Positions 19,601 to 28,751 of a DNA stretch of 49,435 bases are shown here, one piece after another; position 1 is the first letter of the stretch; each line of letters opens with the position of its first letter. A program made the translations under genes and the position numbers. The notes below the pieces were generated by a model, which had not been told where the DNA came from, searched no databases, and was given only the letters and a program-made list of their open reading frames with translations. The DNA is from a virus. Taxonomy: Duplodnaviria; Heunggongvirae; Uroviricota; Caudoviricetes. The stretch covers positions 1 to 49,435 of IMG/VR virus record IMGVR_UViG_2526164669_000023; one strand, given 5' to 3'.

Positions 19601-19616
19601 CAGAAGGAACAACCGT

Positions 19617-20372
19617 ATGAGTGATAATCTGTTAAACAAACTGACCCAACTGAAACTCCCGGCGATGGCCGGGAGCCTGATACGGCAACGGGAAACGCCT
19701 CAGACTTACGACGAACTGTCGTTCGAGGAAAGGCTGACACTGCTGGTTGATGACGAGCTTCTGAGCAGAGAAAACAGTCGTGTGGCACGGTTGAGAAAAA
19801 ATGCCTGCCTGAAATATCAGGCAACACCGGAAGGGCTGCGTTATCCGGCCTCAAGAGGTCTGCGGGCTGAACAGATGAGGGAACTGCTGAACGGCCACTA
19901 CATAATCCACAGGAAAAACCTACTGATAACCGGTCCGACAGGATGCGGTAAGAGCTGGATAGCCAATGCGCTGGGCGAACAGGCATGTCGACAGAAATAC
20001 AGCGTCCGGTACTGTAGAACCGGGCGATTACTGGAACAGTTGGCTCAGGGACGTGTTGATGGCAGTTGGCTGAAATATCTGAAACAGTTGCAAAAAATAC
20101 AGGTTCTAATCCTGGACGATCTGGGGCTGGAACAGTTAAGTAACGCCCAGTGTAATGACCTTCTGGAGATCACAGAGGATCGTTACGGACAAAGCAGCAC
20201 GATAGTGGTAAGCCAGTTCCCGGTAGATAAATGGCATGGTCTGATGGAGAACCCAACAACAGCAGATGCCATCCTGGACAGACTGGTACATAACTCACAC
20301 AGAGTGGTCCTTCAGGGAGAGTCCCTGAGGAAAAATCCCCCGACAGTGGAAAGCAGCGAAAAAACGAGTTAA
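19617..20372 (+). CDS. istB: IS21-family helper ATPase IstB
   Basis: 251 aa from MSDNLLNKLTQLKLPAMAG; Walker A GPTGCGKSWIANAL, Walker B VLILDDLG. Confidence 0.8.
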   Translation: MSDNLLNKLTQLKLPAMAGSLIRQRETPQTYDELSFEERLTLLVDDELLSRENSRVARLRKNACLKYQATPEGLRYPASRGLRAEQMRELLNGHYIIHRKNLLITGPTGCGKSWIANALGEQACRQKYSVRYCRTGRLLEQLAQGRVDGSWLKYLKQLQKIQVLILDDLGLEQLSNAQCNDLLEITEDRYGQSSTIVVSQFPVDKWHGLMENPTTADAILDRLVHNSHRVVLQGESLRKNPPTVESSEKTS

Positions 20373-21147
20373 AAAGCGGTAGAAAAAGTTAAGTTCCCGG
20401 TTGATCGAATGGATGCGAATCGCTGATCGAACTTCGATGCCAATCCGTGATCGAATAGAGCGGAATACGCAAATAACGTAAATTGTATGCGTATGATACA
20501 TATTTATACATATATTTAAATATGAAAACTAATTAGTTTTTGATGTCATATAAATTATCGGTAATATTACTCCCGACCCGAAAGGCAGCAAGTTTCTGTT
20601 CACAGGGGTGTTACCCGCTGTCTTGCGGGTCATTGCAGGCATCCGTTTAATCATAATGAAGGGCTGTTATCAGTATCAGTGTCATTATTGTGGTTACGGA
20701 GGCCTGCTCTATGTGCAGGTATCGTATAGTGGTTATTACATCAGCCTTAGGTTGGTAATGCCGGTTCGATTCCTGTTCTCCGCAACTTCATTGTTTTTTG
20801 GACAAGTTTTTACAGCACTGGCGGTTTTCGTGAGGAACAGATCTCTTTAATACCTTTATCGTCCCTCATTCTGTAATGGAGATCGGTTACAGACTCAGTG
20901 CTGTATTTTTTATGACACAGAAATGGCGCATTGCCCACGAAAGGAAGCAGGATTTAGCGTGGAGTAACCAGTGATGCGCCATCTCTGTGTCGGAAAACAT
21001 GAATTGGGGCGTTCCTCAGTGCGAGGGTGGTTTATAGAGTCGGTTTAGCGGGAAACCACAGTATCCACGTAAAGTGGAATACTTCGGGAGGCACCCGATG
21101 CCCCAAACCCAATAATCATTATAATATTGTGTCCTTTTATCGTTTTA

Positions 21148-21316
21148 GCCGCCGCCCCGGGCGGTTTTTTTATTCAGTTTTTTATGGCTCGCTCCGGCGG
21201 GCCTTTTTCATATCCGCGCCACGCCCGGCGCACATCACATCAGATAACACCACACAAAAGGCATCTGCGGGTGCCTTTGACAGGGTGTTTTTACGGGCCG
21301 CTGGTGGCCCTTTTTT
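21148..21316 (+). terminator. Cluster of three to four tandem intrinsic terminators upstream of the lysis cassette
   Basis: Hairpin plus T-run units at about 21148-21172, 21186-21208, 21259-21279 (weak) and 21292-21316. Confidence 0.5.
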
Positions 21317-21335
21317 ATTTGTGGGAGGAAAAAGC

Positions 21336-21728
21336 ATGTCTGAACCCTTATCCGGTTCCGGTACGGCTGCGGCGCTCGGTGGGGCGACGGTATTTGGACT
21401 GTTTACCGGAACGGATTTCGGGATTGTGTTTGGTGCATTCGCCGGGGCGTTGTTTGTGGCGACGATACCCCAGCAGATTTCTGTCTGGCGTGTGGCGGCG
21501 CATTTTCTGGTGTCGTTTATCGTTGGCGTGCTGGGGGCGGATGTCATGGCGTCTTATCTGGTCGAAAAACTGGGGCTACACAGCACATCTCTCGACGCGC
21601 TTTGCGCGGTACTGGTATCGGTGATTTCGGTGAAGATTCTGTCGTTCATCCACCAGCAGGATATTGCATCACTGGTATCCGGCCTGTTCTCCCGCCTGCG
21701 GGATGGAGGAGGCGGCAATGTCAGGTAA
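21336..21728 (+). CDS. Holin (putative)
   Basis: 130-aa small protein with Gly/Ala-rich hydrophobic segments; RBS GGGAGGAA; first gene of the lysis cassette. Confidence 0.6.
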   Translation: MSEPLSGSGTAAALGGATVFGLFTGTDFGIVFGAFAGALFVATIPQQISVWRVAAHFLVSFIVGVLGADVMASYLVEKLGLHSTSLDALCAVLVSVISVKILSFIHQQDIASLVSGLFSRLRDGGGGNVR

Positions 21729-21993
21729 CCTTCCCGGATTGCTGAATGTGGCGTTATGCACGGTTATCGTACTGACGCTCTTTTTTTACCGTCGTCGTGA
21801 TTCCAGACATAAACCGCTGATGTCATGGCTGGCCTGGCTGTTGATGCTGCTTTATGCCTTTGCGCCACTCAGCTATCTGTGTGGTCGTCCGTTAGCAATG
21901 GGCTGGCTGGAAGTGTTTTTTAATCTGTTGTTCTGCGTGCTGGTAATACGCGCACGCGGGAACGTCACAAAAATCTTTCCATTGTTGAGGTGA
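21718..21993 (+). CDS. Second small lysis membrane protein (holin/antiholin-like)
   Basis: About 91 aa from MSGNLPGLLNVALCTVIVLTLFFY; two hydrophobic segments; overlaps the holin stop; RBS GGAGGAGG. Confidence 0.5.
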   Translation: MSGNLPGLLNVALCTVIVLTLFFYRRRDSRHKPLMSWLAWLLMLLYAFAPLSYLCGRPLAMGWLEVFFNLLFCVLVIRARGNVTKIFPLLR

Positions 21994-21995
21994 AT

Positions 21996-22373
21996 ATGTC
22001 GGGTAAATTCAGATTCAGCCGTCGCAGTGAAAAAAATCTGGAGGGCGTCAAACCACAGCTGGTTGCTGTCGTTCGCCGTGCGCTGGAGCTGACGGAGGTT
22101 GATTTCGGTATTACGGAAGGCCTGCGCAGTAAGTATCGCCAGAAACAGCTGGTTGCAGAAGGCAAGAGCCAGACCATGAACAGCCGCCACCTGACAGGTG
22201 ATGCGGTGGATGTTGTTGCCTACATTGGTAGCCAGGTGTCATGGGACTGGCCTCTGTACGAGAAAATCGCGCAGGCATTTAAGCAGGCTGCCGCAGAGCT
22301 GGGAACTGCCATCGAATGGGGCGGGGACTGGAAAACACTGAAAGACGGACCTCACTTTCAGTTGAAACGCTGA
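21996..22373 (+). CDS. Endolysin, peptidase M15-like (L-alanyl-D-glutamate peptidase type)
   Basis: About 125-aa ORF following the holin genes; motifs SRHLTGDAVDV and WGGDW fit my recollection of M15 endolysins; start 21990 (GTG) or 21996 (ATG). Confidence 0.6.
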   Translation: MSGKFRFSRRSEKNLEGVKPQLVAVVRRALELTEVDFGITEGLRSKYRQKQLVAEGKSQTMNSRHLTGDAVDVVAYIGSQVSWDWPLYEKIAQAFKQAAAELGTAIEWGGDWKTLKDGPHFQLKR

Positions 22374-22387
22374 TAACCAGGTGTGTT

Positions 22388-22570
22388 ATGAGCAGAAAAC
22401 ACTGGACACACAGAACGCCGCGAACAGCGGCGAAATGGGCACTGGTAGCGATACTGGTGCCTTTTTTATTGGTGGGATGCGTTAGCCTGGATAAGGCGCG
22501 CCAGCTTTTCGATACCGCGTCTCAGGTCTGTCAGCTTATTGATGGTGTTCGGCAGTGTATGCAGAACTGA
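22388..22570 (+). CDS. Lysis-associated lipoprotein (Rz1/o-spanin-like)
   Basis: 60 aa from MSRKHWTHRTPRT; signal peptide and lipobox LLVGC; downstream of the endolysin. Confidence 0.45.
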   Translation: MSRKHWTHRTPRTAAKWALVAILVPFLLVGCVSLDKARQLFDTASQVCQLIDGVRQCMQN

Positions 22571-22743
22571 TCGCCTGTAATAGCAGAATATTTTGCTGAA
22601 AAATGAAGGGTGCGCCAGCGTCCGGAAAGCATGAAATTCTGCTGCGTGTGCCAATTTTATCTTATTCATTCTAAATCTTGCCGAATCAAGATGAACTTTG
22701 ATCAACTGCCTGGCGGCAAGGGGCATTAAAACAGGAGAAAATT

Positions 22744-22851
22744 ATGTGGAAACCTACAGGTGACAAGTTAATCACCGCGTTGATTGACGGCAAGCCACAA
22801 TACTTACGCATTGAAATGAGTGGTCAGCATGCTCGTTTGATTCGTGAGTAA
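22744..22851 (+). CDS. Small hypothetical ORF (35 aa)
   Basis: Strong RBS AGGAGAAAATT before ATG; MWKPTGDKLITALIDGKPQYLRIEMSGQHARLIRE; below track cutoff. Confidence 0.35.
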   Translation: MWKPTGDKLITALIDGKPQYLRIEMSGQHARLIRE

Positions 22852-22974
22852 CAGGCATTACAGCAGCCCTTCATGGTGAGGGGTTGCGATAATGCCAAAG
22901 CTCGTCATCGGCACCCGCCGCGCACCCAGCGTACTGGCCGATAGCGGGCTTTTTTATTCATAAAGCGAGGCTGT

Positions 22975-23766
22975 ATGAGCGAGAAATTGAAGATCGTCTA
23001 TCGCCCGTTACAAGAACTGTCTCCGTATGCACACAATGCCAGGACACACAGCCCTGAGCAGGTGGCACAACTGGTAGAAAGCATTAAGCAATTCGGCTGG
23101 ACTAATCCAGTGCTGATTGATGAAAAGGGCGAAATTATTGCTGGTCACGGTCGCGTTATGGCGGCTGAGGCGCTCAAAATGGATTCGGTTCCGGTTATTG
23201 TTCTGTCTGGTCTGACGGATGATCAGAAAAAGGCGTACCGCCTGGCAGATAATCGCCTGCCGATGAATGCTGGCTGGGATGAAGATCTGTTACGGATGGA
23301 GCTGTCGGACCTAATCAATGCTGATTTTGATATCTCCCTGACAGGATGCAGCCCGACAGAAATTGATGAACTGTTGACGGATGTTTTGCCCGGTACAGGA
23401 AATGAGGAGGAACCGTACACGACGAAAATTGATACGCCTGTTTATGAGCCGTCGGGCGATAAACCAGATATCAGTGAACTGTACGACGATACGAAAACTC
23501 AGGAGTTGATCAGCCGGATACGTTCGGCGTCCCTTGATCCTGATATTGAGAAATTCCTCCTGTGTGCGGCAGAACGTCATACGGTGTTTAATTTCAGCAG
23601 AATTGCGGACTATTACGCTCACGCCCCCGCTGAAATTCAGTGCTTTTTCGAGGAATCGGCGCTGGTGATCATTGATTATCAGCAGGCTATTGAAAATGGA
23701 TTTGTCCGGATGACGCAGCGTATGGTGGAGATCATGCATGGCGGGGAGGAGGAGGAATATGCGTGA
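22975..23766 (+). CDS. ParB-like nuclease domain protein
   Basis: 263-aa ORF; N-terminal ParB/Srx-type motif (LIDEKGEIIAGHGRVMAA); acidic C-terminus; upstream of terminase genes. Confidence 0.6.
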   Translation: MSEKLKIVYRPLQELSPYAHNARTHSPEQVAQLVESIKQFGWTNPVLIDEKGEIIAGHGRVMAAEALKMDSVPVIVLSGLTDDQKKAYRLADNRLPMNAGWDEDLLRMELSDLINADFDISLTGCSPTEIDELLTDVLPGTGNEEEPYTTKIDTPVYEPSGDKPDISELYDDTKTQELISRIRSASLDPDIEKFLLCAAERHTVFNFSRIADYYAHAPAEIQCFFEESALVIIDYQQAIENGFVRMTQRMVEIMHGGEEEEYA

Positions 23767-24697
23767 TGATTTTTGCGCCTTTATTCTGACTCACGGGCGA
23801 CCGGACAAAGTTCTGACTTACCGGACGTTGCGTCGTGCTGGCTATACCGGGAAAATTTTTATCGTTGTTGATGATGAAGATAAAGATAATACACGGCATC
23901 ACTACATAGCTGAATTTAGTGAACAGGTGCTGGTGTTTTCCAAAGCCGATATCGCCAGTCGTTTTGACGAAGCCGATAATTTCGGTGACCGCCGATCAAT
24001 TTTTTACGCCCGTAATGCCTGTTTCGACCTGGCAAAACTGGTCGGGTGTAAATACTTCATTCAGCTCGATGATGATTATCACGAGTTCCAGTTTCGGGTG
24101 GATCGCAACTATGACCAGGCCTATTTCCCGATAAGAAAACTGGATGCGATCCTTTCTGAAATGCTGGCGTACTACGAATCAATACCTGCGCTTTCCATCG
24201 CTATGTCGCAGGGCGGAGATTTTCTTGGTGACAATGGCGGCCATGCTTCGTGGGTGAAACGCAAGGCAATGAACAGTTTTATCTGTTCCGTTGATCGACC
24301 GTTCTCATTCATGGGGCGCATTAACGAGGATGTGAATACGTATACGAATCTTGGTCGCTGTGGTGAATTGTTTATGACGATCGGTGCTGTCCAGTTAGGG
24401 CAGAAACAGACGCAGAAAAACAGCGGCGGAATGACCGAGCTGTATCTGGACTCCGGAACCTACGTTAAAAGTTTTTACTCCGTCATGTATGCGCCGTCGT
24501 GCGTAAAAATCTCACTGATGGGTGCCAGCCATAAACGCATTCACCATCAGGTCACCTGGAACAACGCTGCAGTAAAAATCCTTCACGAAAAATACAGGAA
24601 GAAGACACCCTGCATATCAATGGGGGTGACAAATGATTCCGTATTCGAAAGTAGAGTCTCTGGCAGCGTGCCGGATGACTGCACAACAAATCGCTGA
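23759..24697 (+). CDS. Hypothetical protein, possible GT-A-like glycosyltransferase
   Basis: 312 aa from MRDDFCAFILTHGRPDK; candidate DXD motif FIQLDDDY; RBS GGAGGAGGAA; overlaps the ParB-like gene by 8 nt. Function is a guess. Confidence 0.4.
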   Translation: MRDDFCAFILTHGRPDKVLTYRTLRRAGYTGKIFIVVDDEDKDNTRHHYIAEFSEQVLVFSKADIASRFDEADNFGDRRSIFYARNACFDLAKLVGCKYFIQLDDDYHEFQFRVDRNYDQAYFPIRKLDAILSEMLAYYESIPALSIAMSQGGDFLGDNGGHASWVKRKAMNSFICSVDRPFSFMGRINEDVNTYTNLGRCGELFMTIGAVQLGQKQTQKNSGGMTELYLDSGTYVKSFYSVMYAPSCVKISLMGASHKRIHHQVTWNNAAVKILHEKYRKKTPCISMGVTNDSVFESRVSGSVPDDCTTNR

Positions 24698-24884
24698 CGT
24701 TCTGGATGTTGATCTGAACCGACTGAAAGAAAATCGGGAAGCAATGACAGATTTTTACGCATCCATCCGTAAGGGCAGAGCGAAAGGTGAAGCCGAACTA
24801 CGGGCGGCATTGTTTAAGCTTGCCAGAAAAGGGGATGCCTTTGCCCTGCGTGAACTACTCAGGGTGGATAAAAATCAGGACTAA
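24675..24884 (+). CDS. Small hypothetical protein (possible HTH)
   Basis: Track ORF 24633-24884; likely start at MTAQQIADVLDVDL; immediately precedes the small terminase gene. Confidence 0.35.
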   Translation: MTAQQIADVLDVDLNRLKENREAMTDFYASIRKGRAKGEAELRAALFKLARKGDAFALRELLRVDKNQD

Positions 24885-24887
24885 CTA

Positions 24888-25979
24888 ATGAGCAGACCGG
24901 ACTGGGGGGCGTTGCAGCAGGAATATATTGCTGAATACACCCGCTCCGGTGTATCCCCGGTGGCATGGTGTGAGGCAAGGGGACTGAATTACGCAACAGC
25001 CCGTCGTTACATCAAAAAACCTCCGAAAAATGCGCAGACAGAAATGCGCAAAACTGCGCAACAAAGTGCGCAGAAAAAATCTGCGCAGACTGCGCAAAAG
25101 CGGAACGGAAAATCTCAGAAAAAAAAGCCAGTATCCGATGCGTGCCTGAATGAGGGCGACGCGGAGGAATTTTCGTTCTGCCCCGATGAATTCGGCATTT
25201 CTGACCAGCAGGCTAAGTTTGCGATGCTTGTTGCTCAGGGGAAAAAGCCGACAGAGGCATACCGACTGGCTGGTTATGAGGGGCAAGGTGCGACAGCTAA
25301 CAGCAACGCCAGCCGTATGCTTAGAAATGCCAGGGTTTATCGTGCTATCAGCTACTTCCGCAATCAGTATCAGAAACGCTATACCGCAGACCTGGATTTA
25401 CTGGTGAGTCAGTTGATGGCCATTGTCCAGGCCGACCCCAATCAGTTGGCACAATTTCGCCGTGTTAACTGCCGTTATTGCTGGGGCGAGAATCACCTCT
25501 ACCAGTGGCGTGATATTGCAGAATTCGATAAGGCAGCGGCACAGGCCTCCAGAGATGGCAAACCCGAGCCGGAATATGGAGGCCTCGGCTTTGTTGATAA
25601 CGCCATACCCAATCCGGATTGTCCGAAGTGCTGCGGTGAGGGAACGGGACAGCTTTATATGGCTGATACCACTCTGCTTGATGGGGATGCACGACAATTA
25701 TATGCAGGGGCAAAGCTCGGGAAATTTGGTGTTGAGATCCTGCTGGAGGATAAGGCTGCCGCCCGGCGCGAACTTATCAAGCTGATAATGGCGACGAAAG
25801 GAAGTTCTGCTGGTGGTGCAACTGACAGTCGCAATGATCTGGAGCTTGAAGGACTGAGGCTTCGCAACGAAAAGCTGCGCACTGAGATTGAAAACCTCAA
25901 AAAAGGCGTGGGTGGTGAGAATAACGAAATAATTATCCACAACTCTCTGCCGATGCCGGGAGTGGATAATGTCGATTGA
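24888..25979 (+). CDS. Terminase small subunit
   Basis: 363-aa ORF; HTH-like signature AKFAMLVAQGKKPTEAYRLAGYEG; Cys pairs (CRYCWGEN...CPKCCGEG); directly upstream of the large terminase. Confidence 0.6.
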   Translation: MSRPDWGALQQEYIAEYTRSGVSPVAWCEARGLNYATARRYIKKPPKNAQTEMRKTAQQSAQKKSAQTAQKRNGKSQKKKPVSDACLNEGDAEEFSFCPDEFGISDQQAKFAMLVAQGKKPTEAYRLAGYEGQGATANSNASRMLRNARVYRAISYFRNQYQKRYTADLDLLVSQLMAIVQADPNQLAQFRRVNCRYCWGENHLYQWRDIAEFDKAAAQASRDGKPEPEYGGLGFVDNAIPNPDCPKCCGEGTGQLYMADTTLLDGDARQLYAGAKLGKFGVEILLEDKAAARRELIKLIMATKGSSAGGATDSRNDLELEGLRLRNEKLRTEIENLKKGVGGENNEIIIHNSLPMPGVDNVD

Positions 25980-27297
25980 AATCTACCTCCCAAAACCTCA
26001 TGAGGGGCAAATAGCTGCATGGACGGCGGCAATAGAGGAACGCTTCCACGCGGTATGCTGTGGTCGTCGCTGGGGTAAAACGGTGATGCTGGTAAACATC
26101 GCTACCAGTTTCGCTACGCGGAAATTTGCCGTTCCTACCACCGGGCAACTTATCGCGGGTAGGGTGGGGATTTTTACCGCACAATACCGCCAGTACCAGG
26201 AAATCTGGGATGAAATTAGCGCCGTTCTGCAACCGCTGATCCTCAGCCAGTCAAAAAATGAAAAGCGCATTATTCTCCGTAATGGGGGGCGCATCGACTT
26301 TTGGGTAACGGACAATAACAAACTGGCCGGGCGTGGGCGTAAATATCACGCTGTGCTGATTGATGAGGCAGCATTCACTAAATCGCCGGAAATGCTCGAG
26401 GAAATCTGGCCCCGAGCTATACGCCCGACGCTTGTCGATTACCGCGGCTGTGCGTGGGTATTTTCCACACCAAACGGTATCGACGAGAGCAATTTTTTCT
26501 ACGCGATATGCCACGATGAATCCCTGGGATTTGTCATGCACCATGCGCCAACTTCATCGAATCCGTATATTCCGAAAGAAGAACTGGAGGAAACGGAGAA
26601 GAAATCCGATCCGCGCGTCTGGCAGCAGGAATATCTTGCCGAGTTCGTGGACTGGTCCAAAGACGCGTTACTCGATGTCGATAAGCTGCTGGTGGACGGT
26701 CAGCCGATTGAGATGCCGCCGTACTGCGACATGATTTTCGCAGTGATGGATACGGCGCTGAAAGGCGGGACCGAAAATGATGGTACTGGCGTGTTGTATT
26801 TCGCTTATGAGTCAACGTATTCGGAAGAGCCAAAACTGACGATTATTGACTGGGATGTGACGCAAATTAAAGCGTCATTGCTTCCTGAATATATCCCCGG
26901 CGTTTATGACAACCTTGAGCGCCTCGCGAAATTATGCCGTCCGCGTCTGGGCAGCCAGGGAATTTTTATGGAAGACGCCGCGATGGGGGCAATCCTCAAC
27001 CAGAAGGCGGAAACCGAAGGCTGGGATATGACGCCGATTAAATCGGCACTAACCAGCAAGGGCAAAGACGAACGGGCGGTGATGGCATCCAGCTACCACT
27101 ATCAGGGGATGTGCAAAATCGTCCGGGAGGCTTACGACAAGACCGTTTCATTCAAGCGCACCACCGCAAACCACCTCATAAAACAAATCGCCGGATTCCA
27201 CCTGGCGGATAAAGACGCGCATAAACGTGCTGATGACCTTTTCGATTGTTACACCTATGGATTGATCATCGCGCACGGTAATTACGCGGAGTTGTAA
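25969..27297 (+). CDS. Terminase large subunit
   Basis: 442-aa ORF; Walker A VCCGRRWGKT; Walker-B-like HAVLIDEAAF; position between TerS and portal. Confidence 0.7.
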   Translation: MSIEIYLPKPHEGQIAAWTAAIEERFHAVCCGRRWGKTVMLVNIATSFATRKFAVPTTGQLIAGRVGIFTAQYRQYQEIWDEISAVLQPLILSQSKNEKRIILRNGGRIDFWVTDNNKLAGRGRKYHAVLIDEAAFTKSPEMLEEIWPRAIRPTLVDYRGCAWVFSTPNGIDESNFFYAICHDESLGFVMHHAPTSSNPYIPKEELEETEKKSDPRVWQQEYLAEFVDWSKDALLDVDKLLVDGQPIEMPPYCDMIFAVMDTALKGGTENDGTGVLYFAYESTYSEEPKLTIIDWDVTQIKASLLPEYIPGVYDNLERLAKLCRPRLGSQGIFMEDAAMGAILNQKAETEGWDMTPIKSALTSKGKDERAVMASSYHYQGMCKIVREAYDKTVSFKRTTANHLIKQIAGFHLADKDAHKRADDLFDCYTYGLIIAHGNYAEL

Positions 27298-27311
27298 AAA
27301 TCAGGATATTT

Positions 27312-28751
27312 TTGATGGCAGAGATCGAGATTACTGGCGGCCTCGGTTCAGCACTGATGCGTATTCTTGAGGCTGAAGAAATTCAGCCGGGAACCGATAT
27401 TGGCTATGAATTGTGTAAGCTGCTGTGGCAATTCCATCCTCTGGGCGGAAAACTTGTCGAAAAACCCATACTGATGGCGATGTGTAAGCCGCGACAGTAT
27501 AACGTGGAGACAGATCCTGACGAGAGGGTTGTGCGGCGTTTCCAGGAGGTATGGGAACGTATGAGGGTCAACGAGAAGATAAAAAATCTGTTTTTTCTGT
27601 CTCGTTGCTACGGTGCTGCAGCGATCGGCGTGGGCACCGACAGTGTTTCATGTCGTGAGCCGCTTCCGACATTCGGGCTGACAGAAGAGGATGTGTATAT
27701 CAACGCGTGGGATCCGTTGAACGCTTCCGGTTCGATGGTGACTGACCAGAACCCAAACAGTCCGTTTTTCCAGGAAGCCAACAAAAGGCTGAAGATTGGC
27801 GGAAAAGACTGGCATCCGTCACGCACACTGAAAATCTTCAACGGCACACCGATTTATCTGGAGTTTCAGAGTTCATCGTTCGGATTCACCGGACGAAGTG
27901 TGTTTCAGCGCGTTCTTTATTCCCTGAAATCCTATATCAACACGATGGAGGCGAATGATCTCGTCAGTCAGAAGGCGGGCGTACTGGTAGCTAAAGTTGT
28001 GCAGTCCGGTTCGAAAATGGACGGGATCATGGCTGCTGCCACGGGGCGTAAAAGGGAAAACGTGAAAGCCGCCAAAAATAAAGGCGTGTTGAGTATTGGA
28101 AAAGACGAAGACGTAAGTTCACTGAACCTGCAAAACATCGACGGGGCGCTGAATACTGCCCGCGACAATATCATTGCTGATATTGCCGCCGGGAGTGACG
28201 TTCCGGCCATTATTATCAAGGAAGAAGCATTCAGTAACGGATTCGGTGAAGGTAAGGAGGACTCGAAAGCCATCAGCCAGTATATCGATGGTGTACGCCA
28301 GCAGATTGAACCTGTGATGGATTATTTCGAACGCCTGGTGCAGTACATCGCCTGGAACGAGGAATTTTATCAGTCGCTGAAAAATGATTACCCGGACATC
28401 ATAACCGAGGACTATAAAACCACGTTTTACCAGTGGCGGCGCGAGTTTACCGCGACGTGGCAGGAGCTGGTGGAGGAGTCGCCGGACAAACGCCGGGAAA
28501 GCGACAGTAAAGTGATTCAACAGGCGATAGCACTTTTCTCTGCCGTGTCGCTACAGGTTGATCCTGAAAACCGTGCCGCCGTCACTGAATGGCTGGCAAG
28601 CCTTGTTAATGCCACGCAGACCTATGGCGAAGCTCCACTCATCATTGATGTGGACGCCCTGGCGAATTATGAACCACCGAAGCAGGAGACGCCTGATGGC
28701 AATTTCCAGCCGGGCGGGGAGGAAGAAGAAACGGATCAGGACGCTGTATGA
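27312..28751 (+). CDS. Portal protein (putative)
   Basis: 479-aa ORF immediately after TerL; acidic C-terminus; assigned by position and size. Confidence 0.5.
   Translation: MMAEIEITGGLGSALMRILEAEEIQPGTDIGYELCKLLWQFHPLGGKLVEKPILMAMCKPRQYNVETDPDERVVRRFQEVWERMRVNEKIKNLFFLSRCYGAAAIGVGTDSVSCREPLPTFGLTEEDVYINAWDPLNASGSMVTDQNPNSPFFQEANKRLKIGGKDWHPSRTLKIFNGTPIYLEFQSSSFGFTGRSVFQRVLYSLKSYINTMEANDLVSQKAGVLVAKVVQSGSKMDGIMAAATGRKRENVKAAKNKGVLSIGKDEDVSSLNLQNIDGALNTARDNIIADIAAGSDVPAIIIKEEAFSNGFGEGKEDSKAISQYIDGVRQQIEPVMDYFERLVQYIAWNEEFYQSLKNDYPDIITEDYKTTFYQWRREFTATWQELVEESPDKRRESDSKVIQQAIALFSAVSLQVDPENRAAVTEWLASLVNATQTYGEAPLIIDVDALANYEPPKQETPDGNFQPGGEEEETDQDAV

Larger units (their letters stand above)
17830..20450 (+). 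mobile_element. IS21-family insertion sequence (istA + istB), apparently intact
   Basis: Both ends carry multiple short repeats of TTTGGCAT / GATCGA(T) (left 17835-17960, right 20400-20450, inverted); boundaries approximate; no target-site duplication confirmed. Confidence 0.7.

Noticed and set aside
17560-20470. Shiga-toxin genes expected at this locus by analogy with Stx phages (Q, tRNAs, then stxAB).
   Set aside because: No ORFs with A/B-subunit character are present; the interval is occupied by the IS21-family element.
25150-26833. Numerous overlapping ORFs on both strands within the terminase genes.
   Set aside because: The plus-strand TerS/TerL frames carry the recognisable motifs; the alternatives lack motifs and are embedded.
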